Below, in pieces: positions 18,862-28,633 of a DNA stretch of 64,000 nucleotides (positions are counted from its first letter, which is position 1; every line of letters starts with the position of its first letter). A model generated the notes under the pieces. That model made no database searches, was not told the DNA's origin, and worked only from the letters and a program-made list of their open reading frames with translations. Source of the DNA: Cyclobacteriaceae bacterium (GTDB taxonomy: Bacteria > Bacteroidota > Bacteroidia > Cytophagales > Cyclobacteriaceae); assembly GCA_044223085.1 (NCBI GenBank), contig JBGAMI010000015.1:8207-72206 (forward strand). The letters are read 5' to 3'. The position numbers were made by a program, and so were the translations under genes.

Positions 18862-20316
18862 TTGACCGAAATTTGGACGGTGAACGAGGTCTTATCTAAC
18901 TATTCTGACGAACTGGCATCACAGCCTGTATTTGCCACCGTGGCCAAGGCGGCGCGAATCTGTGGTGTAGAAGGGTATGTGGTTGGCGGATATGTTCGGG
19001 ACCTCATCCTCAACCGACCGAACAAAGACATTGATTTCGTGTGCGTTGGCGGCGGAATAGCCTGGGCCGAGCAGGTGGCGGTTTTGCTTGGAAACGTCCC
19101 CGTGACAGTGTTTAAGAACTATGGTACTGCCATGATCCGGTATGGGGATTATGAATTGGAATTTGTCGGCGCCCGCAAGGAATCCTATCGGGAAGATTCC
19201 CGAAATCCAATCGTAGAGGATGGTACATTGGGAGATGACCAGTACCGACGAGATTTTACGATCAATGCTATGGCGATTAGCCTGAATGCCGTCAACTACG
19301 GTGAATTGATTGACCCTTTTAATGGCGTTCAGGACCTCAAGGACAAGACGATTCGGACACCGCTGGATCCCGGAATAACATTTTCGGATGATCCCTTAAG
19401 GATGATGCGTGCGATCCGCTTTGCATCACAACTAAGCTTTGACATTGAAGCAGATACCTTTACATCACTCCAGGCGCAGGCCGATCGACTCAAGATTGTT
19501 TCAATGGAGCGAATTTCGGATGAATTAAATAAGATCATCCTGAGTCCGGTGCCATCCTATGGATTCAAGCTGCTGTTTCACAGTGGTTTGCTCAAACAAT
19601 TCTTTCCTGAAATGGTAGCGCTGCAAGGTGTCGACTATGTTGACAACAAGGCGCATAAGGACAATTTCTACCACACGTTGCAGGTGCTGGATAATGTTTC
19701 GGTGATGTCGTATGACCTCTGGCTGCGGTGGGCTGCCATTCTGCATGACATTGCTAAACCAGCCACCAAGCGATTTGAACCAGGACATGGATGGACATTT
19801 CACGGTCACGAGGACAAAGGCGCTCGCATGGTGCCTGGTATTTTCAGACGACTGAAACTCCCCATGAATGAAAAAATGGAGTTTGTCCAGAAATTGGTAA
19901 GACTTCACCTTCGTCCGATTGTGCTGGCCAATGATGTAACAGACAGTGCGGTTCGCCGGTTGTTGTTTGAGGCCGGCGCCGACGCGGATGCACTGATGCT
20001 GCTTTGCCGGGCAGACATTACATCCAAGAACCAGGAGAAGGTCAAGAAATACCTCAAGAATTTCGAAAGGGTGGAATTGAAGATGAAGGAGGTGGAAGGA
20101 AAAGACCATATCAGGAATTTTCAGCCCCCGGTATCGGGAGATGAAATTATCCGAATGTTCAATTTGCCACCAAGCCGTATTATTGGTGAACTCAAAGAGG
20201 CGGTGAAGGAAGCCATACTGGAAGGTGAAATCCGGAATGATCGCGACGAAGCTATTATATTTCTGCAAGCATTGGCTCGCAAAAAGGGTATTGTTGATAA
20301 TGAAATAAACAATTGA
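18862..20316 (+). CDS. cca: CCA-adding tRNA nucleotidyltransferase with HD domain
   Basis: The GGYVRDLILNRPNKDIDFVCVG nucleotidyltransferase head, RRDFTINAM, DDPLRMMRAIRFASQL and the HD motif ILHDIAKP are all present. The start codon (TTG at 18862) is uncertain. Confidence 0.8.
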   Translation: MTEIWTVNEVLSNYSDELASQPVFATVAKAARICGVEGYVVGGYVRDLILNRPNKDIDFVCVGGGIAWAEQVAVLLGNVPVTVFKNYGTAMIRYGDYELEFVGARKESYREDSRNPIVEDGTLGDDQYRRDFTINAMAISLNAVNYGELIDPFNGVQDLKDKTIRTPLDPGITFSDDPLRMMRAIRFASQLSFDIEADTFTSLQAQADRLKIVSMERISDELNKIILSPVPSYGFKLLFHSGLLKQFFPEMVALQGVDYVDNKAHKDNFYHTLQVLDNVSVMSYDLWLRWAAILHDIAKPATKRFEPGHGWTFHGHEDKGARMVPGIFRRLKLPMNEKMEFVQKLVRLHLRPIVLANDVTDSAVRRLLFEAGADADALMLLCRADITSKNQEKVKKYLKNFERVELKMKEVEGKDHIRNFQPPVSGDEIIRMFNLPPSRIIGELKEAVKEAILEGEIRNDRDEAIIFLQALARKKGIVDNEINN

Positions 20317-20322
20317 TTAAAC

Positions 20323-21069
20323 ATGAAACAACTCATCACGTTAATGGTGCTGACCATCTTATCTGGCTCAGTTACCCTGGGTCAGGGAAAAAAGGCACAA
20401 CCAGCACAGCAGCCTACTCAACCCGCCGTAAAGGAAGAGCCAAAGAAAGAGTCGGTAAGCAACAGCCTGCTGGAACACTATGTAAGAAAACGAGCGGTAG
20501 CCGCCCGTTGGAATGACTATGACATCGTTCGTGATGCCATGTATGATATGATCATTGAGGATCCGGCTAATGATTCCCTGATCGCGCAGCTCGCCTATTT
20601 GTATTTTGACAACCAGAAATTTCCATCCACGGTTCTGGTATGTCAGGATCTTCTCAATCGCAACCCGAAGAATGTACAGGCCCTGGAGATGGCAGCCATC
20701 AGCTATGAGAACCTGAGTTTGCTGGACCGGGCGCTTCAGAGTTACGAGAGCCTCTTTCTGTTGACCGGTAACATTACTTCTCTGTATAAAATGGCCTTCC
20801 TCCAATTTGAGTTGAAACGATATGCCGAAAGTATCACGAATGCTGATATTATGTTGGGTAAACCAGACGTGGACACGATGAAAGTTCAATTCAATGACAA
20901 GGATGGTAAACCCAAGGAGTATCCGGTACGAATCGCTTTGCTTAACCTTAAAGGAATGGTGTACAAAGATCAGGCTGATAAGGTAAATGCAAAGAAGTTC
21001 TTTGAGGAAGCCCTGAAATTGGCCCCTGATTTCGCTCCGGCCAAGCAGGGTTTGGATTCTTTGAAGTGA
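20323..21069 (+). CDS. Secreted tetratricopeptide-repeat protein
   Basis: It has an N-terminal signal peptide (MKQLITLMVLTILSGSVTLG) and TPR-like helical repeats, ending ..FFEEALKLAPDFAPAKQGLDSL. Confidence 0.6.
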   Translation: MKQLITLMVLTILSGSVTLGQGKKAQPAQQPTQPAVKEEPKKESVSNSLLEHYVRKRAVAARWNDYDIVRDAMYDMIIEDPANDSLIAQLAYLYFDNQKFPSTVLVCQDLLNRNPKNVQALEMAAISYENLSLLDRALQSYESLFLLTGNITSLYKMAFLQFELKRYAESITNADIMLGKPDVDTMKVQFNDKDGKPKEYPVRIALLNLKGMVYKDQADKVNAKKFFEEALKLAPDFAPAKQGLDSLK

Positions 21070-21105
21070 TGCAACCTTTAGCCCGCAGTCGGGTCTTTAA
21101 CAGAT

Positions 21106-21639
21106 ATGGGGCCTTCTCTTCATGCGGATATTATTGACAGGTGCCGGAGAGGTGACCAAGAGGCTCATTATCAGTTATATAGACTTTACTCGCGCAGTAT
21201 GTTCAATGTGGGCTATCGCATTGTTAACAATGAAGCAGAAGCTGAAGATGTACTCCAGGAAGCATTTATTAGTGCTTTTCGGAGCCTGGAACACTACCGT
21301 GGGGATGCTTCATTTGGTGCTTGGCTGAAGCGTATTGTCATCAATAAGGCGATCAATGTGATTAAGCAACGGAGAACCGAACCGCTGCCGGAAGTGGATT
21401 TTGACGTGGCTGACGATGCGTGGGACGAAAAGGAATTTCCGTTTTCAGTTGATCAGGTAAGGAGAGCTATTGAAGCATTGCCTGACGGATACAGATCGGT
21501 ATTGTCCTTGTACCTGCTAGAGGGGTATGACCATGCAGAAATTGCCGGAATCCTCGGTATTTCTGAATCGACCAGTAAATCGCAATTTAACCGCTCGAAG
21601 AAGAAACTTCGGGAACTATTGGAAGGAGGAGCATCATGA
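21106..21639 (+). CDS. RNA polymerase sigma-70 factor, ECF subfamily
   Basis: Region 2 is DVLQEAFISAFRSLEHYRGDASFGAWLKRIVINKAIN. Region 4 is YRSVLSLYLLEGYDHAEIAGILGISESTSKSQFNRSKKKL. Confidence 0.9.
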   Translation: MGPSLHADIIDRCRRGDQEAHYQLYRLYSRSMFNVGYRIVNNEAEAEDVLQEAFISAFRSLEHYRGDASFGAWLKRIVINKAINVIKQRRTEPLPEVDFDVADDAWDEKEFPFSVDQVRRAIEALPDGYRSVLSLYLLEGYDHAEIAGILGISESTSKSQFNRSKKKLRELLEGGAS

Positions 21640-22142
21640 AAAATGACCTGAGCGAATTTGTAAAAGGGAACCGCGATGAATTTGATTCCCGTATGCCTGC
21701 TGACCGGGTTTGGAACAGGATATCCGATTCTATGGGATTTGGACCGTCCTGGTGGAACAACGTAGTTCTTTGGAGGGCAGCTGCGGTGCTGATGACGGGT
21801 CTTAGCCTCTTCCTGTTCATGACCCACGCCGGCAATGAAGTGAAACCTTCCATAACACAACAGGATTTTAGTGATGTAGAACTGTTTTACAAGACTCAGA
21901 TATCAGAAAAGGTTGCCTTGATTCATGATGCCGGTGACTTGACGGATGATTCCTTCACGCAGGATCTGCAAAAGCTTGAGGCGATGTATATGGTGCTTTA
22001 CGATGAAATGAAACGTCATCCCTCTGAGAAAGTGAAAGATGCCCTGGTATTGAACATGATCGTTCGGATTGACTTACTCAATCAGCAAATTCAGAAATTG
22101 GAGGAATCGGAACAGAAAAAGGATATTCCGGCGACAATTTAG
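21636..22142 (+). CDS. Putative anti-sigma factor (single-pass membrane protein)
   Basis: It shares an ATGA start/stop overlap with the ECF sigma gene and has one predicted TM helix (VVLWRAAAVLMTGLSLFLF). The assignment rests on context only. Confidence 0.45.
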   Translation: MKNDLSEFVKGNRDEFDSRMPADRVWNRISDSMGFGPSWWNNVVLWRAAAVLMTGLSLFLFMTHAGNEVKPSITQQDFSDVELFYKTQISEKVALIHDAGDLTDDSFTQDLQKLEAMYMVLYDEMKRHPSEKVKDALVLNMIVRIDLLNQQIQKLEESEQKKDIPATI

Positions 22143-22143
22143 A

Positions 22144-22851
22144 CTAAAATTCGCTTTTCAGTTCGATAGGGTCCTTATTGGAATCGAGGATTTTGCCTTC
22201 CTCACATTTTAAAACCCGATTGGGAAATTTTTTGATAAGTCCGTAGCTGTGGGTTGCCATCAGGATCGCAGTACCACTTCGGTTGATTTGTTGAAATAAC
22301 CTGAGAATTCCAGAGGACACTTCCGGGTCGAGGTTACCAGTCGGTTCATCTGCAATAAGGATATGAGGTTCGTTGAGTAAGGCACGGGCAATCACCACCC
22401 GCTGTTGTTCACCACCCGATAGTTGATGAGGCATTTTCTTCTCAACCGAGCCAAGTCCGACTTGCATCAGTACGTCCACCATCCGGCTTTTCATTTTCAA
22501 GCTGTCGCGCCATCCGGTAGCCTTCAGAACGAACAATAGGTTTTCGCCCACCGTGCGATCTGGAAACAGTTGGAAATCCTGAAAGATGATTCCTATTTTT
22601 CTGCGTAGGAGGGGTATTTGCTTTGGCTTGATATCGTTAATGCTAAATCCCGCCACAGCAATGTCGCCTGAGATCAAGGGAAGATCTGCATAAAGCGTTT
22701 TTAGCAATGACGATTTTCCGGAACCTGTCCGACCCACCAAAAAGGCGAAATCCCCTTTTTCGATGGAGAAGGATATATTCTGTAACACCGCCTGCTCACC
22801 CTGGTAGATGCTGGCGTTGGTGACACGTACAACGGGTTCTGATGAGAACAT
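22144..22851 (-). CDS. ftsE: Cell division ATP-binding protein FtsE (ABC ATPase)
   Basis: Walker A is GRTGSGKSS, the signature is LSGGEQQRVVIARAL, and Walker B is ILIADEPTGNLDP. At ~230 aa it is FtsE-like throughout. Confidence 0.8.
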   Translation of the reverse strand: MFSSEPVVRVTNASIYQGEQAVLQNISFSIEKGDFAFLVGRTGSGKSSLLKTLYADLPLISGDIAVAGFSINDIKPKQIPLLRRKIGIIFQDFQLFPDRTVGENLLFVLKATGWRDSLKMKSRMVDVLMQVGLGSVEKKMPHQLSGGEQQRVVIARALLNEPHILIADEPTGNLDPEVSSGILRLFQQINRSGTAILMATHSYGLIKKFPNRVLKCEEGKILDSNKDPIELKSEF

Positions 22852-22861
22852 GGGGTAGGAG

Positions 22862-23518
22862 CTAGCCGTTCACCTTCTTGTGGTCGGCGAGAAATTTCGC
22901 AAGGCCGGCGTCAGTCAGGGGGTGGTTGAGCAGATCAGTGATTACCTTCAACGGGCAGGTGGCGACATCTGCGCCAATTTCCGCACACTTGATGAGGTGT
23001 ATGGTATGTCTGATGCTTGCTGCCAGAATTTCAGTACCGTATCCATAGTTGTTGTAAATCAACCTGATCTGGGCAATAAGTTCTATGCCATCCTGGGTAA
23101 TGTCATCCAAACGCCCGATAAACGGTGATACGTATGAGGCACCAGCTTTGGCTGCCAGCAGGGCCTGACCGGGTGAAAATACCAAGGTGCAATTGGTTCG
23201 AATTCCTTCGCTGGAGAATTTCTTGATGGCCTTGATTCCTTCCTTGATCATCGGCACCTTAACTACGATTTTATCGTCAATTTTGGCAAGCTCCCGGCCT
23301 TCGCGCAAGATTCCTTCCAGGTCTGTAGCAATAACTTCCGCGCTTACATTGGCATCCACAATTTGACAAATGGCCTTATAGTGGGCGCGAATATTGTCGG
23401 CACCTTTGATTCCTTCTTTGGCCATGAGTGAAGGGTTGGTGGTTACGCCATCCAGTACGCCCAGGTCATAGGCTTCTTTGATTTCGTTGAGGTTAGCGGT
23501 ATCGATAAAGAATTTCAT
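22862..23518 (-). CDS. fsa: Fructose-6-phosphate aldolase / transaldolase-type 3B
   Basis: [37 protein letters not shown] and [10 protein letters not shown] are present in a 218-aa protein. Confidence 0.9.
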   Translation of the reverse strand: MKFFIDTANLNEIKEAYDLGVLDGVTTNPSLMAKEGIKGADNIRAHYKAICQIVDANVSAEVIATDLEGILREGRELAKIDDKIVVKVPMIKEGIKAIKKFSSEGIRTNCTLVFSPGQALLAAKAGASYVSPFIGRLDDITQDGIELIAQIRLIYNNYGYGTEILAASIRHTIHLIKCAEIGADVATCPLKVITDLLNHPLTDAGLAKFLADHKKVNG

Positions 23519-23599
23519 GATCTGGTGATTTCAGTTTGTAATTTACAACTTTCAGATGCATCCGGGATGCTAATCCGGTCGAAAGCGAAGGCAAAAAAA

Positions 23600-23696
23600 T
23601 AGCAAGCCGAACATCGCACCGCTACAACCGCCTACCCTTGCTACCTTCCGGTCCTGGGGGAGTTCAGCAGGAGCTGGTCGTGCCGGCTTGCCGGGC
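23600..23696 (-). ncRNA. ffs: Small (4.5S-type) signal recognition particle RNA
   Basis: The minus strand reads GCAAGCCGGCACGACCAGCUCCUGCUGAACUCCCCCAGGACCGGAAGGUAGCAAGGGUAGGCGGUUGUAGCGGUGCGAUGUUCGGCUUGC. Its ends form an 8-bp closing helix (GCAAGCCG/CGGCUUGC). The core CAGGACC-GGAA-GGUAGCAAGGGUAGG matches SRP domain IV of E. coli 4.5S (CAGGUCC-GGAA-GGAAGCAGCCAAGGCAG). It is followed by UAUUUUUUU. The exact ends are approximate. Confidence 0.8.
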
Positions 23697-23697
23697 G

Positions 23698-23705
23698 TAA
23701 AGATA
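23698..23705 (-). promoter_or_regulatory. Possible Bacteroidota -7 promoter box for ffs (TATCTTTA versus consensus TAnnTTTG)
   Basis: The box ends a few nt upstream of the predicted 5' end of the SRP RNA, and a TTG lies ~23 nt further upstream. The match is imperfect. Confidence 0.3.
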
Positions 23706-23857
23706 GGGAAGTTTTGGACTCCCTAAAGCAATTACGGCAACTGTAGGAGTGCCCACACAGACCCCCAAACTCAGCCCGGTGGCTGACCTTTGTCATGGGC
23801 AGCACCGCCCTGACCAGATAACTTGGGGTATTAAATTCCACCGTTCCCCAACCTGGT

Positions 23858-25396
23858 ATGGCCCGAAGATCAGCCCTGCGCGAACTCACCCCTGATCGGG
23901 TAAGTCAGCAGCTGCAAAGCATCATTCAGAAGATGCTATTGACAGAAAAAAAGTACGCCAGTGTCCTGGCCGATATACATCCGCATTTCAAAACTAGCGG
24001 CATTAATCTTTTGCACTACCTGGTTTTGCGAAGTACGGAACTGCGGGATATTCAGGAGTACCTTCATCGCGAAGGGCTATCCTCGCTGACCAATAGTGAA
24101 GGTCATACACTGCATCAACTCCAGAAAGTCCTGCATTGGCTGAATAGATCATTTAACCCAGAAACCCCAGCTGTCTGTACCAGCGAAGAGGGGAACCGGC
24201 TGCGGAGCCTGCATTCGGAACACCTGTTGGGAACGTTTCCGGCACATGACCGGCCTCACATCATGGTAACCTTCTCAGCTGAATTGATGCAGGATAGAAA
24301 ATTGGTGGAAGATATGTTGAGCGAAGGTATGACTGTGGCGCGAATTAATTGTGCACACGATGCACCGGATGTTTGGTTGAATATGATTCGCGTTTTGCGT
24401 TCGGCGGTCGCTAAGACCGGGAAAAATTGCAAAATCTATATGGACCTGGCAGGTCCCAAGATCCGGATACGCGCTATTCAAAACAAGAAACGAGAGCTGG
24501 TAGAGCAACTGGAAGTAGAAGAGGGGACGGAGTTGTTGCTGAATTATTCGGAGGAGGACAAGGTTGCGGGTGGCAAAAAGAAAAAACGCAAACTCAATAC
24601 CTTATATGTAGAGCCGAGGGAAATACTCACCATTGTTAAACCCGGTGAGCATATTTTCTTTGACGATGGAAAATTTGAAGCACGGGTAGATGCCTGGGAG
24701 GATGGAAAAGTGCGTGTTGAGATTGTTAGGATATCGACCAAGAAGCCATTTCTGAAACCGCAAAAAGGCATTAACCTGCCTGACTCGGATGTAACGATAC
24801 CGCCACTGACCGATGACGATCTCGCCAACATACCCTTCATCTGCGAGCATGCGGATATGGTGGGGTATTCATTTGTTAATAGCCCGTCGGATGTTGACAA
24901 ACTCCGTGCTGAACTGAAGCGATTTTCTGTGCAGCGGGAGCCTGATATCATCCTGAAGATCGAACGGTTATCAGCCGTGCGGAATCTTCCGGCGTTGCTG
25001 ATGAATGGAATGCAAAATCCGGGACTTGGCGTAATGATTGCCCGGGGCGACCTCGCCGTTGAAATTGGATTTGAGCGATTAAGTGAAATTCAGGAGGAGA
25101 TATTGTGGATATGTGAGGCGGCTCATGTACCCGTTATTTGGGCCACCCAGGTGTTGGAGACCCTGAATAAGACCGGGTATGCGACTCGTTCGGAAATTAC
25201 CGATGCGGCCATGAGCGTACGGGCCGAGTGTGTCATGCTGAATAAAGGCCAGTTCATTGTCAAGACCATCAAAACACTGGATGATATCCTTACCCGCCAG
25301 CTGGGCCACGTAGACAAGAAGCGATTTATTATGCGTCCCCTGGGGATCGCAAAAGGATTTACGGGTATGGACCGTGAATCGGCTAAATCGATCTGA
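23858..25396 (+). CDS. Pyruvate kinase-family protein (atypical: N-terminal helical extension, no C-terminal allosteric domain)
   Basis: ARINCAHD, DLAGPKIRI, MIARGDLAVEIGFERL, PVIWATQVLETL and TRSEITDAAMSV..CVMLNKG parallel the PK barrel motifs. Only ~50 aa follow the last barrel motif. Confidence 0.6.
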   Translation: MARRSALRELTPDRVSQQLQSIIQKMLLTEKKYASVLADIHPHFKTSGINLLHYLVLRSTELRDIQEYLHREGLSSLTNSEGHTLHQLQKVLHWLNRSFNPETPAVCTSEEGNRLRSLHSEHLLGTFPAHDRPHIMVTFSAELMQDRKLVEDMLSEGMTVARINCAHDAPDVWLNMIRVLRSAVAKTGKNCKIYMDLAGPKIRIRAIQNKKRELVEQLEVEEGTELLLNYSEEDKVAGGKKKKRKLNTLYVEPREILTIVKPGEHIFFDDGKFEARVDAWEDGKVRVEIVRISTKKPFLKPQKGINLPDSDVTIPPLTDDDLANIPFICEHADMVGYSFVNSPSDVDKLRAELKRFSVQREPDIILKIERLSAVRNLPALLMNGMQNPGLGVMIARGDLAVEIGFERLSEIQEEILWICEAAHVPVIWATQVLETLNKTGYATRSEITDAAMSVRAECVMLNKGQFIVKTIKTLDDILTRQLGHVDKKRFIMRPLGIAKGFTGMDRESAKSI

Positions 25397-25516
25397 CCGA
25401 AAGCGAACAGGCTTGTCCATAGTTGGGATAAAATATTAATCGATTTCGCTAATCCCGACTCAAAAGGAAGGTTTCTGCCGGCACATTATTTGTCTACCTT
25501 CAATCAAACTTGATCT

Positions 25517-27886
25517 ATGTTATTCATCAACCTGAAGATCGCCTGGCGTAACCTGAGTCGCCAGTTTTCCTATTCCCTCATTAATATCCTGGGTTTGTCA
25601 ATTGGCCTGGCGTGCAGCCTCGTCATGATCTTATACGTGTACAGCGAGTGGAGCTATGATCGTCACTTTAGTAAAGCTGACCGTATTTATAAGATTGGCA
25701 TTTCCTTTATGAACATAGGCAACTTTGGACTCGGTCCGGAGGCATTGGGAGAATTTCTGCCGGCCGAATTTGAGGGGCTGGATCGATTTACCCGGGTGAT
25801 GCGATCAGGGGATGTGCCCGTGGTAGCCGGTGACAAGACTTTTCGAGAGCTGGTGTACTATACAGATACCTCCTTCTTTCAGGTTTTTGACTACACGTTT
25901 GTGCAGGGTGATCCACACACATCGCTTGAAGCCGGTGGGATTGTTATTGCCCAATCGATGGCACAAAAGTTCTTTGGTGAAACAGATGCCATGGGCAAGG
26001 TTCTCCTGATTGGCAAGGAGAAGAAGCCCTATACCATTAATGGTATAGTTCGGGATGAAAACCGCAGTTCCCAGCTTAAGGCTAAGATCTGGCTTTCTAA
26101 TTCAGATAAATTGACGCATGAGCCAATATGGACTTCTGCCGGTGTTTATAACTATGTCTTGTTGAAGGAAGGAAATACGCGAAGCGACCTGGAGGCTGCC
26201 CTGGATCGGTTGCTGGAGAAGCGGATATTTCCACAGGGTGGGGGCAATGCCTTTGAGAAAACTTTTGAGGCATATAAGAAGAATGAAAACTCAGTCAAGT
26301 TTTTCATCCATCCCCTGAAGGATGTTCACCTCAAGTCAACCTTGCTTTATGAAATATCGCCAGGTGGAAATGAATCAATGTTGTACTCATTTGGAGCAAT
26401 AGGATTGTTCATTTTGGTACTTGCAGCGGTTAATTTCATTAACCTCACCACGGCGCGGGCGTCGCGTCGTGCCCGGGAGGTGGGGGTACGTAAAGCGGTT
26501 GGGTCTACCCGGGGAAAGCTCATGAGCCAATTCATGCTGGAAGCCATACTCTTGTGTTTGATAGCCATGTTGGTCTCCCTGGGATTAGCTGAACTGTTAC
26601 TTGCTGTTTTTAACTGGATTTCAGCTCAGCCACTGATTAATACCCTTTGGAGCAATGGTTGGAACCTGCTGGTGATATTGCTGGTGGCAGTGGGTATCGG
26701 TTTGCTATCCGGCATTTACCCTGCATTTTACCTAACTGCTTTCCAGCCCGCCCGGGTTTTGAAAGGAGAAGTAAGTGTGCATGGTGGGCAGGGATTTCGC
26801 AATGGGTTGGTTGTGTTCCAATTTGCTATTGCCAGTAGCTTGATGATTGGCCTCGTTGTGGTACTTCAGCAATTCAATTTCATGGAAACCCGTGACCTTG
26901 GATTTGATCAACAACATGTTGTAACAATTGATAACATCGGGTTGCTCAAGGACAAAGCTGCTGCCTATAAAGACAAGCTAAGCAGCCTCTCTTCCGTTAA
27001 GGCAGCCAGTTTTCATACGGGAGAACCGGGCAGTAAGGCGGTCATGTCGTTTTCAATGTACCAGGTACCGGGCATGGAAAAGCCAATTTCGATGAATACC
27101 TATTATGGTGATGCATCGTTCGTGGAGTTGATGGGATTCAAGATGGCTGAAGGCCGTGCCTTCAATAAGGACTTAGCATCAGACAGTACTGCTTTACTGC
27201 TCAATGAAGCGGCGGCGAAGGCTATGGGCCTGGAGAAGCCCTTGGGAACCATCATCGGAGAAAAATATCATGTAATTGGTGTAATGAAAGACTTCCACTG
27301 GGAGTCCCTTCGAAGTACCATTGCTCCAATAGGTATCATGTTGGAGAAGACCCCGTACCAGTTAGGGTTTCGGTTACAGGGTGATGAACAACAATTCCTG
27401 AAAGCAGCAGAAGCAGCCTGGAAGGAATTGGCTCCGGATGAGGCGTTTAGCTACCATTTTCTCGACGCGAACTTTGGTGAAATGATGAAGGCCGAACAGG
27501 TACTCTCTAAAGCCATTGCCATATTTGCCTTGCTGGCCATATTTATTTCTTGCCTGGGACTTTACGGGCTGTCCGCCTTTACGGCCGATCAGCGAACCAA
27601 GGAGATTGGAATCCGTAAAGTGCTGGGCGCCAGTGTCACGTCAATCGTGGGCATGTTGAATCGTCAATACATAGTTCTTGTATTGGTTGCTGTTTTGATT
27701 GCTTCGCCATTGAGTATTTGGGTGATGACCCGATGGTTAAATGGATTTGCATATCGGATTTCCATTGCACCCATATGGATTGTCGGGACCTTTGCTGCTG
27801 CTTTGATCATTGCCTTGTTAACGGTATCCTACCATTCGCTGAAAGCGGCTATGATCAATCCTTCGGACACGTTGAAATATGAATAG
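25517..27886 (+). CDS. ABC transporter permease, MacB/FtsX family (double FtsX domain)
   Basis: The N-terminus is LKIAWRNLSRQFSYSLINILGLSIGLAC. Two FtsX-type 4-TM modules follow (..REVGVRKAVGSTRGKL.. and ..KEIGIRKVLGASVTSI..). Length is 789 aa. Confidence 0.85.
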   Translation: MLFINLKIAWRNLSRQFSYSLINILGLSIGLACSLVMILYVYSEWSYDRHFSKADRIYKIGISFMNIGNFGLGPEALGEFLPAEFEGLDRFTRVMRSGDVPVVAGDKTFRELVYYTDTSFFQVFDYTFVQGDPHTSLEAGGIVIAQSMAQKFFGETDAMGKVLLIGKEKKPYTINGIVRDENRSSQLKAKIWLSNSDKLTHEPIWTSAGVYNYVLLKEGNTRSDLEAALDRLLEKRIFPQGGGNAFEKTFEAYKKNENSVKFFIHPLKDVHLKSTLLYEISPGGNESMLYSFGAIGLFILVLAAVNFINLTTARASRRAREVGVRKAVGSTRGKLMSQFMLEAILLCLIAMLVSLGLAELLLAVFNWISAQPLINTLWSNGWNLLVILLVAVGIGLLSGIYPAFYLTAFQPARVLKGEVSVHGGQGFRNGLVVFQFAIASSLMIGLVVVLQQFNFMETRDLGFDQQHVVTIDNIGLLKDKAAAYKDKLSSLSSVKAASFHTGEPGSKAVMSFSMYQVPGMEKPISMNTYYGDASFVELMGFKMAEGRAFNKDLASDSTALLLNEAAAKAMGLEKPLGTIIGEKYHVIGVMKDFHWESLRSTIAPIGIMLEKTPYQLGFRLQGDEQQFLKAAEAAWKELAPDEAFSYHFLDANFGEMMKAEQVLSKAIAIFALLAIFISCLGLYGLSAFTADQRTKEIGIRKVLGASVTSIVGMLNRQYIVLVLVAVLIASPLSIWVMTRWLNGFAYRISIAPIWIVGTFAAALIIALLTVSYHSLKAAMINPSDTLKYE

Positions 27887-28627
27887 TCAGGATAGCATTT
27901 GCCCGAAGTGCAAGGCGAATGCGTATACATCACCGGGCCAGCGCGCGGATAGGTAGTTTCTGTCTCTGATGGTAAAGCCTGATGGTTTTTGCAGCGTGTC
28001 ACGGCCCAGGGGCATCGGACCGGAGATGAATTGATCAGGCCTGCGAAGGTTGGACTTCACTTCATCTTCAACAGTTTTGTGAAAGGTTCTGTAATAGTCG
28101 CCCAGCCAAAGTCGGGTCATCTGAAATGCGGCAAGCTCCTGCATCTTAAGTAGTGCCGTTGTCCTATAATCAATAAGCACTGATTGGCCCATCGGATTTT
28201 TTGAACGAGCCAACAGCAACACACCATGGCAAATCGCTGCTACCGGCTTGTTAGCGGTTAAGAAATGACTGGCAATGGCCTGGAGATGAGGCGAATTCAG
28301 GTACTCACGCATTCCCTTATCATGGCCGCCCGGGAGGAGCAATGCGTCGCCCATATCTGGGCTGATTTGATGATAATGTATGGGATGTTGAAAGGAGGTG
28401 GCCCCTGACATTTGCAGATAGGCTTCCACAGCATCGGCCCGTGCCTGTAGCAAGGCCTTCCACACACCAAGACCTTTACCATTGACCATGCGTTCATCGG
28501 CGGCGGCAGGCGCACCGTCTGGTGTACAGAAAATGATTTCGTGCCCTTGCTGACTCAGTATCTTCCAGGGAACTGCAGATTCGGTAGGGTCAAATCCATA
28601 CCGTGGTAATGGAATCAGAATACGCAT
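27887..28627 (-). CDS. Type 1 glutamine amidotransferase-like (DJ-1/PfpI superfamily) protein
   Basis: MRILIPLPRYGFDPTE, LLLPGGH and the nucleophile-elbow-like AAICHGVLLL are present. Confidence 0.65.
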   Translation of the reverse strand: MRILIPLPRYGFDPTESAVPWKILSQQGHEIIFCTPDGAPAAADERMVNGKGLGVWKALLQARADAVEAYLQMSGATSFQHPIHYHQISPDMGDALLLPGGHDKGMREYLNSPHLQAIASHFLTANKPVAAICHGVLLLARSKNPMGQSVLIDYRTTALLKMQELAAFQMTRLWLGDYYRTFHKTVEDEVKSNLRRPDQFISGPMPLGRDTLQKPSGFTIRDRNYLSARWPGDVYAFALHFGQMLS

Positions 28628-28633
28628 AGCGGT

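Noticed and set aside
23697-23857. RNase P RNA, tmRNA, large (Alu-containing) SRP RNA or a riboswitch next to ffs
   Set aside because: The stretch is too short. It also lacks the diagnostic motifs: GAGGAAAGUCC / ACAGNAACCCGGCUUA for RNase P, a tRNA-like 3' end for tmRNA, and B12, TPP or SAM boxes. It remains unexplained rather than called.
23641-23889. 82-aa minus-strand ORF
   Set aside because: It overlaps the SRP RNA and the start of the pyruvate-kinase-like gene. Its composition is not protein-like, and the ffs RNA structure explains the sequence better.
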